Shown here piece by piece: positions 39,750 through 53,746 of a DNA stretch of 64,000 bases. The DNA is from Squalus acanthias (Eukaryota): positions 13,144,001 through 13,208,000 of the forward strand of contig CM059432.1 in the NCBI GenBank assembly GCA_030390025.1, read 5' to 3'. Made by a program: the position numbers and the translations under genes. The first letter of the stretch is position 1; each line of letters opens with the position of its first letter. Under the pieces are notes generated by a model. The model saw nothing but the letters and a program-made list of their open reading frames with translations. It made no database searches and was not told where the DNA came from.

Positions 39750-40492
39750 GGCCCTGAATTTGCAGTTGTGATGATGGCGAAACTGTCAGCATTCACTGTC
39801 ATTACAACTGTGAAACCGACAGCAACTCCTGGCGTCGGCACATGCGCAGTTAAACACGGTTGCTGTCAGTCAATCCCTGCTCCGCCACAGGGCGCGCTGT
39901 TGAAGACCCCACAGCCGGCAATCAATTGAAATCATTGAACTGGCCATAAATTCAGTTTTTATGCTCTAATATCACTGTTAAACCACCCACCCACCCCCCC
40001 CAAAAAAAAAGTTAAGCCTTGTTCAATGAGGTGTAACTGGATTTTTAACAGTGTACTGAGTCATAACTACTGCTGTACAACTGTTCTAGCCCTGAAAACT
40101 CATTTTAGATTTGTGGAATGTCATTTTTTTTTCCATTATGATAAAAATTCCATGGTCTTTAATGTAATAATTTTTTTTTAAGTTTATATTTCAACTTCTA
40201 CCAATCCCATGTGTAAGTCCCAATCTTTATTTCGCTCTCTAAAATTTATTAAAAGTGAAGGATAATCAGTGCATTTTACTTCCTGGTTTGCTGTCTGAGA
40301 ATTTTTCAATGTGATTGGCTGCTTAGCCAGCTTGATGACATCACTGTGGCTGGACGCTGGAGATCCCCTAGACTTGGCGCCAGATTCAAATTAACGTAAG
40401 AGGTGAAATTGGTGCCAGAGATCACTAGATCATTGGGGGCAGCTTTCTTTGAGGTCAGCCATCACTTTGCCGCTGACTGCAAACTCCAGGCC
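39750..40492 (+). mobile_element. Non-autonomous DNA transposon (GGCC-ended TIRs, Harbinger-like)
   Basis: GGCCCTGAATTTGCAG ... CTGCAAACTCCAGGCC. An inverted sister copy lies at 41587-42307. Confidence 0.75.
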
Positions 40493-41586
40493 ATTAATTT
40501 CTGACACTATCATCTTGAGCAATATGGTCCAACAATAGACAAAGGGAACCCGACAAGATTTGCTTTAAAACCAACAATTGGAAACTTTTGTTTTGGGCGG
40601 TGGGGGAGCAGGGGGAAAAAAGAGAGAAGGGGCAAGAAGAGGTGACAGAGTGAGCTTGGTCCTACACAACTTTGTAAGATCAATGTTTACTGCATTGCAT
40701 CTACAATATTTAGCCATATCATAATTAGCTACATCATAGGTTACACAGCTAGACAAACTACCGGATTTGGAACTGGATTAAAAGGCAAAATTTCAAAGCA
40801 ATACTGGATTGCAGAATACCAACAATTTCTCAATTCTGGTCACATTATTGCAAGAAACTACCAAGCAAAGGCCACGTCTCTCAATTGGGGAAGGGCAAAA
40901 CCTAAAGAGCTGGCACAGATGCTATTATTAATTTGAGTGGTCCAAATGCCTGTCAGTAACTTGGAGGTTGATTTTCAGAAACTAGTACACAAAAGGTTAT
41001 CAACTATCAAGTAATTTTTTTTGTCAATATTGTTTAGGGACCAGTAAAAGAAAAGTTGCTAACTCTTACCATTCTTCACTAGCACAAATTAATTTGGCAT
41101 TGGAAAATGTTTTGGCTGCTACCATTTTTAACTTGGCAATTCTAATGCAGTATATTACATTCCTTTTAACGAAGTTTAACATGGTACTGTCAAGTGTTAT
41201 TGTGAGCAGTTTAGCAGTAAAGTGCGTTAGTATTATGTACACTGTACAAGTTTCTTAATGACACCAACCTACTGGGTGAGAAAAAATCTGCACTATCCAA
41301 TTGTTCCCAGCAACAAAACCATATTAAGCTTATGGAAAGAATAATTGGTTCCCAACTAAATGCTGCTGTGTCCTTTTGTACTCATTAGATTTGCTGATAT
41401 TCTAGGTCTTGCTACTTGTTAAGTATCTTTCTAGTACTGTATCTTATAATTATTGCCTGCAAGCGCTAGATTCCAACAAGCAACACAGTCATTAGTAACC
41501 TTCAGCCTGGTCAGTCACTAGTGCAGTATCTCTACATTAAAAAGCACTACATAAATGCAAGTAGTTGTTGTTGCTAAAGAAATGCA

Positions 41587-42307
41587 GAGCTTGATTTTGC
41601 AGACAGCGGCGAAGTGATGGCGTCGCTGCTGACCTTGAAGAAAGCTGCCCACAAAGATCTAGCGATCTCTGTGGCGTCAATTTCAACTCTCCCGACGTTA
41701 ATTTGAATCTGACGCCAAGTTTTAGGGATCTCCAGCGTCCAGCAACAGTGATGTAATCAAGCTGGCTAAGCAGCCAATCACATTGAAGGATTCTCTCAGA
41801 CAGCAACCTGCACTGATTATCCTTCACTTTTTAATCATTTTACAGAGAGCAAAATAAAGATTGGGACATACACATGGGATTACGGTAGAAGCTGAAATAT
41901 AAAAAAAGTTTAAAAAAACATGAAATTACCATAATGGAAAAATTTGACATTCCACAAATATAAAATGACTTTTTCAGGGCCAGAACGGTTGTTCAGCAGT
42001 AATTATGACTCAGTACGCCATTAAAAACCCAGTTGCACATCATTCAACAAGGCTTAACTTTTTTTTTTTTTAAAAGCGATATTCCAGCATAAAAGCTCAC
42101 GTTCGTCAGTTTAGTGATACAATGGATAGCCGGCTGTGTGGAGTTCAACAGCGCGCCCTGTGGAGGAGCAGGGAATGACCAACAGCAACTTCTGGATTTC
42201 TGCGTTTAACTGCGCATGAGCGAACTCCACAAGTTGCTCAGATTCACAGCTGTAATGACAGTGAACGCTGACAGTTTCATCATCATTACAACCACAAATT
42301 CCGGGCC
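41587..42307 (-). mobile_element. Sister copy of 39750-40492 in opposite orientation; further partial copy at ~44386-44565
   Basis: Reverse complement aligns along its length with 39750-40492 (for example AAACTGTCAGC.TTCACTGTCATTACA). Confidence 0.75.
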
Positions 42308-42334
42308 GCTGAGTTTGTTTATGGTGAATCCAAC

Positions 42335-43200
42335 AACCTTTCAGCATTCCGAAGGGACCGCTCCCTCGGCGACACCCTGGTCCACTCCTCTATCACCCCC
42401 AACACCCCTTCACCTGGCACCTTCCCGTGCAAGCGCAGGAGATGCAACACCTGCCCTTTTACCTCCTCCCTTCCCACTGTTCAGGGCCCCAAACACTCCT
42501 TCCAGGTGAAACAGCGATTTACTTGTACTTCTTGCAATTTAGTATACTGTATTCGCTGCTCACGATGTGGTCTTCTCTACATTGGGGAGACCAAACGCAA
42601 ATTGGGTGACCGCTTTGCGGAACACTTCCGTTCAGTCCGTAAGGGTGACCCCGAGCTTCTGGTTGCCTGTCACTTTAACTCTCCGCTCCACTCTCACCTC
42701 TCCGTCCTCGACCGCTTACACTGTTCCAATGAAGCTCAACGTAAGATCAAGGAACAGCACCTCATCTTTCGATTAGACACTTTACAGCCTTCTGGACTCA
42801 ACGTCGAGTTCAACAATTTCAGACCATAACCTCTGCCTCTATCATTTTTGTGTTCTCTCTCACACATGACAGCTGTTGATCATCTTGCCATTGCCATTTA
42901 CACTTCATCTAGAGTCATCTTTTGTTTCTTAACTTGTCCCATTACCATCTCCTTTTGTCTCTTAATCTCTCCTGCCTTCCATCCTATCAGACCTTCCCTT
43001 TTGTTCTTTCCTCCCCTCCCCTCCCCCCTACACTTGCTTAAAAACCTGTTACATGTCCAACCTTTTCCAACGAAGGATCATCGACCTGAAACGTTAACTC
43101 TGTTTCTCTCTCCACAGATGCTGCCTGACCTGCTGAGTATTTCCAGCACTTCGTTTTTATTTCAGATTTCCAGCATCCACAGTATTTTGCTTTTGTATTA
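42335..43200 (+). mobile_element. 5'-truncated Penelope-like element with GIY-YIG endonuclease
   Basis: ORF 42506-42829: FTCTSCNLVYCIRCSRCGLLYIGETKRKLGDRFAEH...EQHLIFRLDTLQPSGLN. Followed by the terminal segment seen as short copies elsewhere in the window. Confidence 0.92.
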
Positions 43201-44569
43201 ACATTGATGAATGAATATCTTTGTAACATATTTCCAAAACAAAAATGAAAAAGGCTTTCTAATCTTTAAGTGTTGATGGCTAGTTACCACAGTTAATCTA
43301 CTTTCAGGAAGAGAAAGCTAATCCATGTTCTTGTCTTTGGTTCAAGCTACTGTTTCAGACAACTTCGGCACTAATTAATTAGGAGCTGTGCTGCACGCTT
43401 TATCCATAGGCTCCTCCGCTGTTTCCCTCGTTTGTCATTTGCCTGTACTTGACATCTTGATAATTGATCTTTTAACTTTTTGTTGCTTGCAGTATTTCTG
43501 TGTGTGTGAAACCCCTGGTCAATGGGTGGATAGTTTTGGCCCATGAGAAAAGGTGCACTGGAAGAGCATCTTTCTTGGCAAAGTATTAGCCAGGATTCCA
43601 TGCTGTTCAACATTACTGTTGTCCACTAGCAGAAGCAGACATGCAAGCTGGTTTAACTGCTCATCCAATAGCATGCAACTGATCTATAATTTTAAGCATT
43701 ATATAGTCTAGGCAGACCTATTGAAGTCATCCTAAACCTAATCACTTACACATTAAAAGTTAAATTGGTACAAATGTCCAATTCATGTACTGACAAAAGA
43801 TTGCACAGCAGATTGCTATATCAATTTATTTCATCAAATTGGTTCCCTAGTATTAGTTTTTTTTTTAAAAGGGCCAAAGCTGAAATTTGCAAAAACACTG
43901 CTCATACAGATGTGAAAACTCTTCCAGCCACAGGTTTTATTTTGATACAAGTCATCAGTATTGTCACCAGGATTTCAGTAACAAGGTGGATGTATGAAAT
44001 ATTTATATGAGGTCTACCTAACCTGCACTAAACACCAAGCAATACAATTATAGATTTGGTCCATTCAGAAATGGAGACAGCATTTTAAACTATACAACAG
44101 TGAGTGTAAGTGAGGGAGAGATAAAACAACAGATACAATTGGCATTTGAAACGGTGTTCTTGCTGTGATGTTGATGAACATCAAGGTTCTGAATGTGGAC
44201 ATTTCCTGCTGTTGCTGATGTTCCATCCTGAAGTCGATCTGGGACCTCACAGGGAGCTGGGTTCAGCAGTGACTCAGAGGAACTACTCCAGAAAATTATT
44301 GGCACCAGTAAGATCAGAACAAGTTACATCACAGTGATGTGTTGGACAAGGCAAGTAAACACACCAAATAATTATGGAATAACCAGGGCCCGGATTTAGA
44401 ATGCGAAAGTGACAACGCTCACCGCTGACCTCGAAGAAAGCTGCCCACCAAGATCTAGCGATCTCTGTGGCGTGGATTTCACCTTTCCCGACATTAATTT
44501 CATTCTGGCATCACCTATAGGGTACCTCTAGTGTCCAGCAGCAGCGATGTCATCAAGCAGGCTGAACAG

Positions 44570-46630
44570 TAATTTGTTGTAGCCCTCATTATTGACTATT
44601 TTTCCTAATTTGATGTAATCCAGCAAATTTACAAATTGTGTTTTTGATTCCAAAGTCTAAACCGTTGATATAAATTGTGAACAGTGGTCCCAGCACTGAT
44701 CCTTGTGGGACCCCACTTTCTACCTTCTGCCACTCTGAATAGCTACCCTTTATCCCTACTCTCTGTTTTCAGTCTTGAAGCCAGCTAGTTATCCATTCTG
44801 CTACTTCTTCCCTGACGCTGCATGCGCTCACCTTATTCATTAATCTATTTTGTGGCACCTTATCGAAGGCCTTTTGGAAATCTAGATAAATGACATCTAC
44901 TGCATTACCCTTGTCTACTCTCTGTTACCTCCTCAAAGAATTCAATGAGGTTGGTCAAGCAAGACTTTCCCTTTTGAAATTCATGCTGACTATTCATTAT
45001 TATTATTATATTTCTGGTTTCTAGATGTTTTTCTATTTTCTCCTTTAGTAGGGATTCCATTATTTTTCCTACCACCGATGTTAAGCTTATCTATACGCCC
45101 CGGACATGTTCTAACTCACTTCTAAAATACAGATATTGCGTTAGCTATCCACCAGTCCTCTGCCACTACACTATTTTCTAACTAATTATTAAATATGTGT
45201 AATAGTTTTGCTGCTATCTTCTAGATTCTTTTAAAATCCGCAGATGTAATCCATCCGGAGCTGAGGATTTATCCTCTTTCAGTTTGATTTGTTTATTAAT
45301 ATTTCTTTTTATTTTAAATGCGGTTATATAGTTCTTAATCTCATCTTCTGATGTCATTTCCACCTGATCTGTCTCCCTGGTAAATACTGAAGCAACGTAA
45401 TTATTTAATATTTCTTCCATTTTGCTATCACTGCCTGTGATTTTATCCTGTCCATCCCTCAGTAGCCCTATTCCCATCCCGACTTTGCTTTTTATTAAAT
45501 TTATGTGCCTGTAGAATATTTTACTATTTTATTTTATGTTCCTTGATAATTTAATTGCATAGCTCCTCTTTGCCTTTCTAATTGTTTTTTTTTTTACTTC
45601 TCTCCTAATCTCTTCGTATTCTCCCTTGTCATTCTCTCCCCTGCTGTCCATGTACTTAATGTATGCCTCTTTCCTTACCCTCAAATTTTTCCTTATGTCT
45701 TTATTCATCCATGGTGTCTCATTAGTGTTTAGTTTGTTCTTGTTTTTTAGCAGAATATTTTTTTCCTGGACTCTGTTGAATACCATTTTAAATGTTTCCA
45801 ATTGCTGTTCTACACCATTGTTTGCCAATATTATTCTCCATTTTATTTTTCCAAGTTCTTTTCTCAGCCCTTCAAGATCGGCTTTTCTCCAACTATGGTC
45901 TGTCATATTTACATCTTTCTCAATTATTATCTTAAAGCATATTGTATTATGGTCACTATTGCCTAGATGTTTGCCTACTTTTACTTCTCTTATCGGCTCT
46001 GGTTCATTTCCCACTACTAGATCCAGTAGCGAATCCTCCCTTGTCGGGCTGCTTACATATTGGGTTCGATCGCAGTCCTGTACACATTGTAGGAACTGAA
46101 AGAGGATAAATCCCCTGATCCGGACGGATTACACATCCCCTTTTACTATTAATTTTGGAGTAGTTGAAATCCCCAATGATTATTCTTCTACATTTTTTAT
46201 TCATTTCCCTAATTTGTTTGCATATTTCTTCCTCCACCACCTTTCCACTATTAGGTGGTCTATAGACTACCACCATTAGTATGATTGATCCTTTATTATC
46301 TTTTATCTCTATCCACATGGATTCTATTTCCATCTTACTGATAGCTGCATCACTTTTTTCTACTGCCATTATGTTATCCCTAATAAGTACAGCTACTCCA
46401 CCTCCCCCTTTTCCCTCTCTATCTATCTTTTCTAAATATCTTGGAATGTTTGATTCCCAGTCCTGATTTTTCTGTAGCCATATCTCAGTAATACCCACTA
46501 TATCTGGTTCCTCGCAACATATTATTGCCTCCAGTTTCCCTGTTTTATTACGGACACTATGTGCATTGCCATACAGCCAATTTAACTCATTTTTAATAGC
46601 AGTTCCTCTCACTTTATTTTTAACCATCTT
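44570..46630 (-). mobile_element. Degenerate CR1 LINE (APE and RT)
   Basis: LYGNAHSVRNK, IVGITEIWL, IIIGDFNY, LGNSDHN and PDGLH motifs. Confidence 0.88.
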
Positions 46631-46839
46631 TTTACACTCCTGTTCTTTAACTATTTATTCCCTGCCCATTTATGTCCTCCTTTAGTTTAGTCTGTCCTAT
46701 GCTCTCCTTTGCCATTTCATTTATATTTAGGCTTGTTTCATTTCTTTTAGAACCCTCCCCCCACCTTACTAGCAGACTGAGAGCACGGGCAGTCTGCCAC
46801 ACTATTTTCCAACCCATCGTCCTATTTAAGATGACTCTG

Positions 46840-47890
46840 GCCAGGGAATAGGTAGTAGAATGGATAGCAAGCTGGCTAACAAACAGAAAACAGAGAGTAG
46901 GCTGAAGGGTAGTTACTCAGACTGGCATAAGGTGGGAAGTTGTGTTCCACAGAGAGCGGTGCTGGACATTGAAGTGCAATTTGCAGACAACACCAAATTG
47001 TGGGGTGTAGTTAATACAAGGGAAGATTGTGACAAAATACAGGAAGACATTAATAAACTTGCAGCAAGAGCATATAATTGGCAAATTAATTTCAATATAG
47101 ATAAGTATGAGGTGGTGCAATTTGGTAGGAAGAATAAGGAGACTTATTCTTGCCACTCTTTGCGTAAAGATGTTTGTCCTGAAAAAAAGTCTAAATGGGG
47201 TAGAGGAGCAAAAGGATCTAGGGGTACAGATACACAAATCACTAAAAGTAGGTTAATAAGGCAATTTAAAAAAGAAAACCAAGCACTGGGGTTCATTTCT
47301 CGAGGGCTAGAATTGAAAAATAGAGAAGTTATGTTAAACTTGTATAGAACCTTGGTTAGACTACACTTCTGAAGTACTGTGCGCAGGTCTGGTCTCCATA
47401 TTAGAAAAAGGATATAGAGGCATTGGCAAAGGTGCAAAAAAATATTCTCAAGGATGATACCAGAACTGAGTGGACTCATCAGGAAAGGCTGAACAGTAGA
47501 AAAGAGAAGGCTGAAGAGTGACCCGATAGGTCGAAGATAATGGAAGGGTTTGATTGGGTAGACATGGAGAAAATGTTGCCACTTATGGGGGAGTCCAAAA
47601 CTAGACATCATAAATGCAAGGTAGTCACTAATAAATCCAATACGGAACTCAGCACAAAAATCTTTACCCCAAGAGTGGCAATAAAGTGGAACACATTACC
47701 ACAAGGAGTAGTTGAGGCAAATACCATAGATGCAATTAAGGGGATGCTAGATAAGCACATGAGGGAGAAAGGAAGAAGGATATACTGATAGGGTTAGATG
47801 AAGAGGGGTGGGAGGTTCGTGTGGCACATAAATGGCAGCGTAGACAAGTTGGGCCGAATGGCCTGTTTCTGTGCTATAGACTCCTTGTAA
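46840..47890 (+). mobile_element. Degenerate CR1 3' fragment
   Basis: QFADNTKL...IQEDINKL, LGFISRGLELKNREVMLNLYRTLVR, CR1 3' hairpin at ~47850. Confidence 0.85.
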
Positions 47891-50800
47891 CACAATGGTG
47901 AAGAACTGATCGTTACAGGCCAATAATCGATGGCGACAGAGTGGGATCATGAATTAATACCACTCAAGATACATACTGGTACAAAGGTCAAACATACTGA
48001 TTTAAGTGTGATGTTTCATGTAGCATATTGGTAACAATACTCTACATAGCCCTACTCACAACATCTCCAATACAATTTATCAACTGTGGACCGTCACTGA
48101 AACTCGGATGATGTCACAATCACTCATCCAGTCATGTGATGCACATGGAGCAATGTGGCCAATAACCATCAGCAAAAAAGAGCAAGAGTAAAAATGCCCT
48201 CATAACAAATATTTGACAAAATAACCAATGCATTGCAAGACAGTAACACCTTGGGGATTATTGTTTAGAAGTACTCACACTTCACTTTGACAGTCCATGA
48301 TGTAAGCTGAACTCAATACCTTTGTAATTTTCAGTAGGCATTCGTTCTATGTGAAAGTAAACAGCTGCTCCAAAAACTAAACCTTTGATTTTGCTTCCAC
48401 CTCCATGCAACAAGAGAAATCAGTATCAAGATAATTGTCGGTTATATTTAACTTTTCAAAGTCCTTACAAACTTGTGGCCATACACCAATTCAGATCACA
48501 CCACAAAACACTAAAACACCATGCAAATACTCAGTGATGCTCTGCATTTTCCAAGAAGCTACAGTATGCAATGTGTGCAGCCAATATTACTGGATCCATA
48601 CAAGTTAAGCTTACTAGTACATCTGTCAACCCTATGGGAGGACATGTAGTAAAGTACAAACAGCACCAATAACACACTTTATCATGCAAAATTAATTCTG
48701 GAGCACTGTCGCCTCTAAATGCAATACTGCAGCCGACAAAACAAATTTTCCACTTAAGTATCACGAGGTTGATTTTATTCCTGTTCGTGAGTCAACCCTT
48801 CATTTTATTGCCACATTTAACCATTAAAGCAGCACTTGCATCCTTAACTCTTGCCAGTGGAATTAATCATGCCGCATTTACAGCAGTGCCACCACTGGCA
48901 TAGAAAAACCATCTCAAAAGTTTTGTTCCCCACTGTTCTGAGGCAGAAGAGCTGATACAACATGAAGCAGCTGCTGACTGAGCCAGCTGCCATTTTTCTG
49001 GCCAAAGGCCACATCACCACAGCAACTATTTACATTTCTATACGAGCTGTGCTGTCTCTGACAAAGCAGATAGATAGGTCACCTGTTGAAAGGGCTGCCC
49101 GTGGCACTAACAATTTAAGGTAAGTGCAGGATAAAGATTTTCAGTAACAAAAAGATCCAGCATCCAGAAACTTTGAACCAACCAGAGTTTCGTTTTTTTT
49201 TAAATGTTCCTACTGGTGCTCTGAAATCCTCCTGCAACATTAAGGCAGCAAATTTCACAACACTGGGAACTAACTCTTGCATAACCGCTATTTAATCTAA
49301 ACTTATGTCAATTCAAATTGAACAAAATGGAGACATTTAGAGTAAAGCATTACAAGCAGACTAACACCATCTTTAGAAACAGTCCAATTACAGTAACTAT
49401 TGCCCATGCCAAAAAAATTACAAACCCTCACAAACTTCTAACTAAAACCAAATCATTTAAACACTCAATACATCAGTTGTGAAGATCAGCTGTTAAGTCA
49501 GGTGTTAGATTACAGAAGTTATGCCACTTCCACAATGCTGCATCCATGTATTACTTAAGAATGAATCCTTTGCTCATACTCAGCTCCACTGTGAACTATA
49601 GACTACTAGTTCAAAGAGTCCAACACAAGTTAATCAAAAGTTCTCTACAGCATTGCACTGCATATGAACTTTGGAAGGTGATTAACATGATTACCGTTTT
49701 CAGTATTTAAGACTCCACCAGCAGCTTGGTATTTGCATGTAAAATCCCAGTGGAAGCCCAGATATAGTGCTTCCAATCAGTCTCAAATTCAGCAAATGAA
49801 ATTCTAGTTTACACCAGTTAACCTGCAAAATCCCTTTCAGACTACATGTTTCATTTCAACCCTCGACATAAGCTGTCAAAGAACATTTGTTAACTACTAC
49901 TTTTTGTTGATATTCTACTCTTTGTCTACATTTTGTGAACAGAGTTGTCATGAATTGCATTTTAATGAATTTTTCCAATTTAACCCCCTCACAGGCAAAA
50001 TAATTACTAGTTTTAAAATGACAGGAGCAGTAGCATGTAATTGAATGGCAGAACAGGCTTGGAGTTTAATGGCCTACTCCTGTTCCTATGTCATAATGAG
50101 GGAGTCTTTACACTGATAGCAATTTCCTAATGAGTATAAAAATACTACCTCGCTAAATGTTTTCTACAGCCAAGATGGCACGGTTGTTTTAACCTATTCT
50201 TTTAAGGCCGCAACAGGATCAAAGCAGACAACTGATGTTATACTTGTTCACAACTAGTTCCTTTGAGGAAATGCTCCAAAAGAAAAATTCTACGGCCAAT
50301 TGAAGGCTAATTGCGGTTGCTCAGAGAATTAAAGAAATCTAAAACAGCAATCCCAACTCTGCCCGAGATGGAGCAAGACAAATGGTTGATTGACAGCTGC
50401 TTGGAAATGAACAGTTCCTCCCCTTTGACCTTGCTGTGCGCAAATTGGCTGCCGCGTTTCCTACATTACAATGGTGACTACACTTCAAAAAGTACTTCAA
50501 TGGTTGTAAAGCGCTTTGGGAAATCCTGAGGTTGTGAAAGGCGCTATATAAATGCAAGTCTTTCTTTCTCGGGGGGGAGGGGGAAAGAGGCCAATGTTAA
50601 GCAGAAACCAGATGACTGTCCTATCTTACTCCAAGACCTGCTCAGCTATGATTATTGTGTTTTAAATATATTTGAGCCAATTCGGTGCAAGTATGACATA
50701 TACTTTGCATTTGTGACACTGTGTGATGGACACAAAAGAACAAATGATATACTAGTGGACCTCTCATGGCATTGCTTAGTCAGAGGATGTGCTGTTTTAT

Positions 50801-51869
50801 AATAAAGGTGCTGTGCCATGTAAAGCACAATGTATCAGGCCACTGATTATGACCGATCAAGTCAGATTTCATTTTTGCTACATGGTATTCTGCAACTGAA
50901 TTGAATTTTCCTCTGAAAACTGATAATAATGACCACGGCCACTTATTAATGTTCTTTTACATATGTACTCAAATATACCGCAACCTTTTTCTTTTTGCAA
51001 AAAAAATACCCAGGTTACATAGCAAGATTAAACTCCCATCAGCTGCCAGAAAAATACCTCCAACCCTGAACTTTTGAGACATGCTGAAACCTCCAACTGA
51101 AACATTAATGAAGCTTCTCCAACACAAAAGACAATTTAATAAGCTGGGTTAACCAATTATCTGAAATGTAATTTTTTGAATTTGTGTTTTTTAACCCGAA
51201 GTCAGCAACCCAAGGGAAAAATGGCAGTCAATTTTGTTTCAAAAAGTATTTTGAGCAATTTGATTGGTGCATCAGCCAGAGAAATCTATATGATAGAGAG
51301 GTGATGTCTGCAATATACAGCTATATACATTAATGTTAGAAAGGATTCAAAAAGTGTCTGCCCTATGCATGTAGAATCCATATAGACCCGTTCATGTCCA
51401 AACAATTGTTGGGGAAAAAACTTACTGTTTTGAGTTAGGTGATCAAGTATTCAGCAACAGCTTCAGATTATTTGGTAGCTTTCGTGAATTTAAAACCAAG
51501 AATCAAACCTGTCCATAATTTATTTTCTTTCCCCACATCCAAGTGTATAAATATATTAAAAAATCTTCTCAGCTGAATACAGGTGCAGTGACCAAATTGT
51601 AACTGGTTTAAAAAAAAGTTTACAGAGTAACAATCGGAGGTTGATGTTTAATTTCAGGACAAATGAGCTTGTCTCCATACACATGTCCGAAAGAGGAATT
51701 ACTGCATTTCCTTGTGTTAAATAGTAATAAATGCTGATCGTGATTAACTTAAATTCACATTCATCTAATCTTTAAGATCAATGCCCGATTGTAAATTTTA
51801 TCTAAAAAAAAAGTGACTTCAAACAAAGCTCATTCAGTAATTAAAAGGCTCCATTAGGTATTTGTCTCT

Positions 51870-53680
51870 CCTATTGCAGCTGCTCCCCATCTTCGTTCCC
51901 TCAAGTCCATGAGGCACAGACTTGTGTGCACCTGGTGTACAACTGGTTTAGCTATCTGGCTGGACCACATCAAGCACCACACACCTTTGTCAAAATTCAA
52001 GAATCAACCTCCACTACCTACTGTCTCCTTAAACCCCTCTCCCCTCACCGCCAAGTACTGGGAGCTCATGGACATTTGTCACTAAGATTAAGACCATGAA
52101 TTCGGCTACCTCACGTGCTTCCTCCCCTCCCAACACTTTGCCTTTCCCATCAAGCCAAACCTCCCCTGCCATGAGCTTGTCTTTTTCAAGATTCTCTGCC
52201 GTCTCCTGGCGTGCTCTCACCAAGCTCAGTTTGTCCACAAGACCCATCTCCTGCTCCGCTGACCCCAATCCAACTAAATTGCTGACCACCTAACTTCCCT
52301 TCCTAGCTGACATCGTAAATGGTTCCCTCTCCTTAGGTACCTCTCCTTTTCAAACCGACCACCATCACACCCCTCAAAAGAAAATCCGAAACACGTCTGT
52401 CATTACAAACAACCACCCTATCACCAAACTTCTTTTCCTCTGCAAAGTCCCTAATGTTGTCAGCTTCCAAATCTGTGCACATCTTTCCTGCAACTCCATG
52501 TTTGAACTTCTCCAATCAGGTTTCTGTCCCTACCACTGCAACAAAACGGGCCAAATCAGAGTCACAAATGACATCCTTCGTGACAGTGACCATGACCATA
52601 GTGTATTATCCCTCCTTAACCTCCCAGCAGCCTCTGACACAGCTGACCACACCATCCCCCTGCAACACTTTCCTACCGAGTTGGACAACAGAGGAACTGA
52701 CCTTGCTTCATTCCACTATTGCTTATCAGAATGTAGCCGGAGAATTCCTAACGTTAGCTTTGCTTCCTACCTTTGGGGTCCACCAAGGATCTACCCTTGG
52801 CCCCCCACCTCTTCCTCATCTATCTGCTGCCCTGTAGTTACATTATCCAGACACCGAGTCAGCTTCCACATGTACAATAACAGTGAGGCTAATAGCGCTA
52901 TTTATGCGTAAATGGTACAGCAACTTCAGGCAACGAGCAGAGGCACGGTTAAATGCAAATATCCAAACATTGCAGCCAGAGTTGCACCAGTCCGCGAAAA
53001 CGGCTGTCTGCCTCACCACTGACATGCACCGAATGTCATGAAGTTGCTGTATTTGCACTAAATGCACCACAGAAAGTCAAGTCAATTTCAAGCACAAGTA
53101 CCATTTTAACAAATGTGATCATTGTTAATTACTGCCAATAAACCTCTTGCACTGAAATTTAACTATTACAGGTGTGGATTCTCATTCCTGCAGGTATTAA
53201 TTGTTGTTGCAGATTTTTTAAATGTCAATTTTATAAAAATCTTAAACTTTTCCTGTCTCTTTTTCTCTCTCTCTCCAATCTTTCTGTACCTGATTTGACA
53301 TTGAATTCACCCACTAATTTATACCTCCTCCTCAGTTCTTCCACTGTTTATTTCTCAATCCTTCAATCTGATTGGTTCAGGAGATACACAGTTGGTTGCC
53401 CTTCTCACTCAGGTCCCAGATGCCCTGTTTCCCTCACTGTGCCGTTATCAGCTCGCACTTTCAGCAAATGTTTTGAGCTGAAGGGTGCAGGGGAAAATCT
53501 AACTAACAAACATCTGGCCCAATGATAGCACCCAGTTCTACCTCTCTGCAATCTATCAGACTGCTTGTCCGGCATCCAGTCTTGTATGAGCCACAATATC
53601 TTCCAAATAAACATTGGTAAAACCAAAGCCAGCTTCTTCAGACCCCACCACAAACGCTGTACCCTTACCACCGATTCCAT
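51870..53680 (+). mobile_element. Decayed L2 LINE split by a DNA transposon (~52876-53520)
   Basis: QSGFCPYH...RVTNDIL and SFHMY before the insert; LSDCLSGIQS...QINIGKT after it. Confidence 0.75.
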
Positions 53681-53746
53681 CGGCAGGGGAGGGAAAATTA
53701 CACCCAGCATCCCTTTGTCAGGAGAAGGGTTGGAAAATAACCCTAA

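Noticed and set aside
43061..43100. Second hammerhead-like motif in the Penelope 3' segment
   Set aside because: Stem II is imperfect and the 5' stem I and CUG core are missing (TTCCAACGA), so it cannot be called a ribozyme.
44570..47890. Divergent CR1 segments as one twin-primed, 5'-inverted insertion
   Set aside because: The two parts overlap in consensus coordinates and differ at many positions, so they are more likely separate copies.
47950..51850. Long apparently unique AT-rich intronic stretch (possible conserved non-coding elements or ncRNA)
   Set aside because: No recognisable motif, fold or ORF. Conservation cannot be judged without alignments.
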